NCBI GenBank assembly: GCA_963693365.1
Contig: CAVNZM010000005.1
Location: forward strand, 806,001 to 870,000
DNA length: 64,000 nt
Reading direction: 5' to 3'
Origin: Amoebidium appalachense
Lineage: Eukaryota; Protista; Ichthyosporea
The notes beneath the pieces are model-generated. The model had not been told where the DNA came from. It saw only the letters and a program-made list of their open reading frames with translations, and did not search any database. Each line of letters begins with the position of its first letter. Within the stretch, counting starts at the first letter, position 1. A program made the position numbers and the translations under genes. Of the stretch, positions 1-64,000 are shown piece after piece.

Positions 1-28
1 CCCCCTCAATACACCCACATACCTACAG

Positions 29-54240
<54,212 letters not shown>

Positions 54241-54684
54241 GTTTTACGATAACGATTACGGGTTTTAGGTTGTGTATTATTACCGGACTATTTTTCAATT
54301 AAATAAATAAAGTGACGTAGCAAATAACGATTTGAATAATGATTATTATAGCATTGAAATAGATAATATTGTTCTAATATAGTGCAGGCCCTTTTCAGTT
54401 TATTATTTAGTGGCCAAAGTTCAACCTGCCCAATTACCCGATGGGTACAGCCTTTTAGTCTTTTCCTAATGAAATATCGTGTAAGTATTAGAGCAGACCA
54501 GGAGAAGGCGAAACAAAAGCCTTTCGCTATGTTTTAGTCTAATTAGATGGGCTGGTCCCCATTCAAATAGTTTTGAATAATTGAACTTTGCAAAAATCGT
54601 GATTTCACTGCCAAAATAAAAGGCAGCACTGAATGTCGTGTTGGCCAATAAGGGCACAAACTCATTGTGTTTGCGCCGCCGCCT

Positions 54685-54721
<37 letters not shown>

Positions 54722-55572
54722 CCCCCCCGCGCGCCCCTTCCTCCTCCCCATCCTGCTAGAAGAGAGAGGGGGGGGCCTACTGTAGCACTGGGCCTCCTCG
54801 GCTAGGGAAGGAGATTAAATAATGCTTCCATTCATAGACGTATCGGGATTGTATCAGCACTAGCGTTCCAGGGTAGGCGGGGAGTTTTTTTTGAGGGGGG
54901 GGGGGGGGGAGGGGGGGGATTGGGTAGCCGGATACTTCATGGTATGATAAGGGAACCCGAGCAGTGTAACAGCGAGAATTTGGTCGAGGTCGGGTTGAGA
55001 AAGAGCTCCGGGTGTGTTAGTGTGTCTGGGGAGAAGGGAGAGCGCGAAGAGAGAGCAAAAGGGCGTGTGCACAGGTGTTGTGTGTGTTTGTAGGTCTACG
55101 AAGTGCATATATATAGTGAGTTTTATCTGATCGATAGGGAGGGAAGTAAGTGAAACAAAGCTTCCTGAGCTGAGAGTCAAACATCACAACCCGTGCACGA
55201 GGCTGTGTACATGTGGGACAAACAGTGTGTGTAGATAGTGGGGTAGGGTCTCAGAGGCAAGGATGATTATGTTTTTCTGTGGCTGTCTGGGGACCGGCAC
55301 AACCATGAGGAGGAATATGCACAACGAGCTTACTCCGTTTTTTGCTCAATATTAGTGGGTGGCGGCGGATATAGTTATAACAGACTTATTCGTTAGGTGG
55401 AGAGGTTGTGTCAAACAACCCGTTATGTGTTCAATCAAATAGCCTATTATACTAACTTATCTAGTACCAGTCATTGGGAATCCTTATTTACGATGCCCTT
55501 ATAAATACCGTAACTCAGTCATTTGCCAGAACAGGAAAAGTGTCGGAATACTCACAGAACTATGTACAAGTG

Positions 55573-55840
55573 TCACTGATTGAAGCATACACCAGGACAA
55601 GTAGTTAAACAAAGGACGCAGCATATTTGCATGCACTGACAGAAACAGGCACAGCAAAATGGGGCAACGATGACCACCACAACAATGCCAACCGCCTCAC
55701 CAAAGGCCGCATCATCGGGGATACTGCTCTTGGAACCTGCAACGCCAGGTGTTGCTGTGGTTGTGTGTGCATGGTAAGGGTGGGCGTTGAAGGGGGGGCA
55801 TGGCAGTTTAGGGGGGGGGTGTTTGGATTTCGGTTTGCCC

Positions 55841-55926
<86 letters not shown>

Positions 55927-55978
55927 AAAAAAAAAAAAACTCACTGCGGTCCCCACCCAGCCAGGCTCCTCCCCGCCC
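55573..55978 (-). CDS. Candidate small Cys-rich tail-anchored membrane protein (CYSTM-like), 5' end unresolved
   Basis: A 34-nt exon 55978-55945 (TTTTTCAG / GTGAGT) splices in frame to 55736-55573: GRGGAWLGGDRSSKSSIPDDAAFGEAVGIVVVVIVAPFCCACFCQCMQICCVLCLTTCPGVCFNQ*. Confidence 0.45.
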
Positions 55979-56194
55979 CTGAAAAATTAATACCTGATTT
56001 TTTTGATATAATATTATAACATCATAGGCATACAACACACAAAAAAAAAAAAAAAAAAGAAAAAAAAAAGAAAAAGGCGATGCAATTGGTTGTATAAGAG
56101 CATATGTATGTGTTTCGCGCGCACACACACACACACACACACACAGTGTCACACTTGCTGATGATTGTCTGACAGATCTACCACTGGTTAAATC

Positions 56195-56231
<37 letters not shown>

Positions 56232-56414
56232 AACACACACACACACACACTTGCTAATGACTGTCTACCAGATTCACCACCGGTCATTGAACTTATAGTT
56301 TTGCAGTCACCCCAAATGGTGAGAAAATATCACCATCATATATATACTACGATGGCGATTTATAATTTATTGGTTTGTTGATGCATCATATACAGCACCG
56401 AGCAGTTATTCTGT

Positions 56415-56466
<52 letters not shown>

Positions 56467-56499
<33 letters not shown>

Positions 56500-56539
56500 T
56501 CTAGAGAGAGAGAGTTTCAAGAGTTTCAAGAGCTTCAAG

Positions 56540-56612
<73 letters not shown>
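56467..56612. repeat. (AG)n microsatellites flanked by (CA)n and (GT)n
   Basis: Direct reading of the sequence. Confidence 0.9.
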
Positions 56613-56614
<2 letters not shown>

Positions 56615-56713
56615 TGTGTGTGTGTGTGCATGCCTTTGCAACGTGTGCTCCGGGCAGGGCATATGTACTGCAATATAATAGGCCGTCTGCCGAGGCTCCC
56701 CCTCCCCCCTTTA

Positions 56714-56750
<37 letters not shown>

Positions 56751-57864
56751 TTCCCGAGCGACTTCCAAACTGTATCCAGGGAAAGTAATACGGTACAACG
56801 GCTTTGAAGCATCTTCAACAATGCACGCTCAAGTTTGGTCACTCTAATGAGCTGACCAGACTGATCTTTATTAGTGGCTACATATCAGATGCCGCTAAGA
56901 AAGCACAGGCAGGCTTGAGATGCAGCTGCTAAGGTAGGCTGTTCAAGAGCCTAACATTCATGAGCTCGACATGTACATGCATCTCATGAAGTAAAACAAT
57001 ATCCAAAAAACAATAACACACAACCTACAAGTTGTACACTGCTCTATTGGCCACCATATATCTACAAAAACTAATGCAGCGGCCTGGCCTGTGGCCGCCA
57101 GTTCAAAGCATCATGACTTCGTCCAAGCTTACATGTATTTACAAAGCGATACGATCAAACATCATCAGTGTTAGGCCAAAGTATGCAAGGATTCTTAACC
57201 ATTTACATCTTACCGGGAAAATCATTCACAGATTTGCCATCGGGTAGAGAGATGGCAAGAAAAAATGTAGCGTACTCTCCAATAAATGTTACTAATTAAA
57301 AGCACTCTGCCCTTGATGTGACACTAGCAAGAATTGTGTAGTAAATATCCTGCTTTAAATGAGTTCGTCACTGAGCGTGAAACCGATGTTCCTATCATTT
57401 GTGGGGCAACATTATTATGACCAAATACAGTAAACCGGCATCTAAAAGCAGTGCAATAAATCCTCTGGTTGTGACGTAGGGGGATGAATATTCCCTAACC
57501 ATTATCGAAGCCTAAATTAGAAAGGCATGGTATCTTGCTGCTCGGTATAGACACCTATTTACAAGGGTGTTACTTCAATGCCGTTGTGTTCCTAAGGCAC
57601 GTGTGCCACATGAAACTGTAATATTTCAGAGGGAAGCACCGTGTCACCTTAACAGCACTTTCCAGGGATAAATAGCAAAGGTGGCAAAGGACGTACCAGT
57701 GACTCTACATCAAGGACAGTATCGCTGCTGATATGTTATGAGTAGGCATACTTGCGGTGTCAGCAATGTAAACATTCCTGGGGGGGCGAGGGGGGATGGG
57801 ATATGTGAGGTGTTCAGCATAGTGCGTGTGTGTGCTGTGCGTGTGCGTGTGTGTGTATATCTGT

Positions 57865-57919
<55 letters not shown>

Positions 57920-57953
57920 GGGTTTGAAGATCACAACATTATGCAATATCGCC

Positions 57954-63749
<5,796 letters not shown>

Positions 63750-64000
63750 CTGTGTGGCATTGCCATGAGAAGGGCACGTGTGCACAAATCAACAATGACG
63801 TTTGCTTGCTGTGTCCCCCTCACTCCACTGTCATACGTGCTCTGTCCATTCGTCTATTTACATCCCCTCCATATTTCTCTCTCTCTCTCTCTTCTTCTGT
63901 GTGTGTGTGGGTGGGTTTTGAGAGCGGGCCCGGGGGGAAGGGGGGAAGGGGGGAAGGGGGGAAGGGGAGGGGGGAGGCAAGGGTACTCTTTCCGATCCGA

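Noticed and set aside
57698-57730. Additional 3' exon of the second kinase (SDTVLDVESL|GTACGT)
   Set aside because: Splice-like ends exist, but I could not find a phase-compatible donor in the preceding exon; left unannotated.

Overview
Intron-dense eukaryotic genomic DNA, most consistent with a unicellular holozoan (inference from genuine tyrosine kinases, metazoan-like ectodomain modules and microsatellite-filled introns). Nearly all ORFs in the supplied track are artefacts of (CA)n/(GT)n and poly-C/G tracts. Manual splicing gives: (1) one giant + strand receptor tyrosine kinase, 5'-truncated by the window edge (29..54240, roughly 95 exons, about 5,000 aa by hand estimate). It has ~58 EGF/cbEGF modules, a hevein/CBM18-like module, a Pro/Thr mucin stalk, ~29 exons of TNFR/furin-like Cys-rich repeats, an extracellular hexapeptide-repeat (left-handed beta-helix-like) domain interrupted by a KRRR/RGG-rich insert, one TM helix, an intact TK domain and a Tyr-motif tail. 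(2) A tRNA-Val(AAC) nested in one of its introns. (3) A candidate small Cys-rich membrane protein gene on the - strand. (4) A paralogous TK gene on the - strand (63749 to ~57954, 5' end outside the window), convergent with gene 1. Also present: a 14x53-bp minisatellite, a perfect 61-bp inverted repeat, two probable GC-AG introns and one homopolymer frameshift. Exon coordinates were read by eye and may be off by a few bases.
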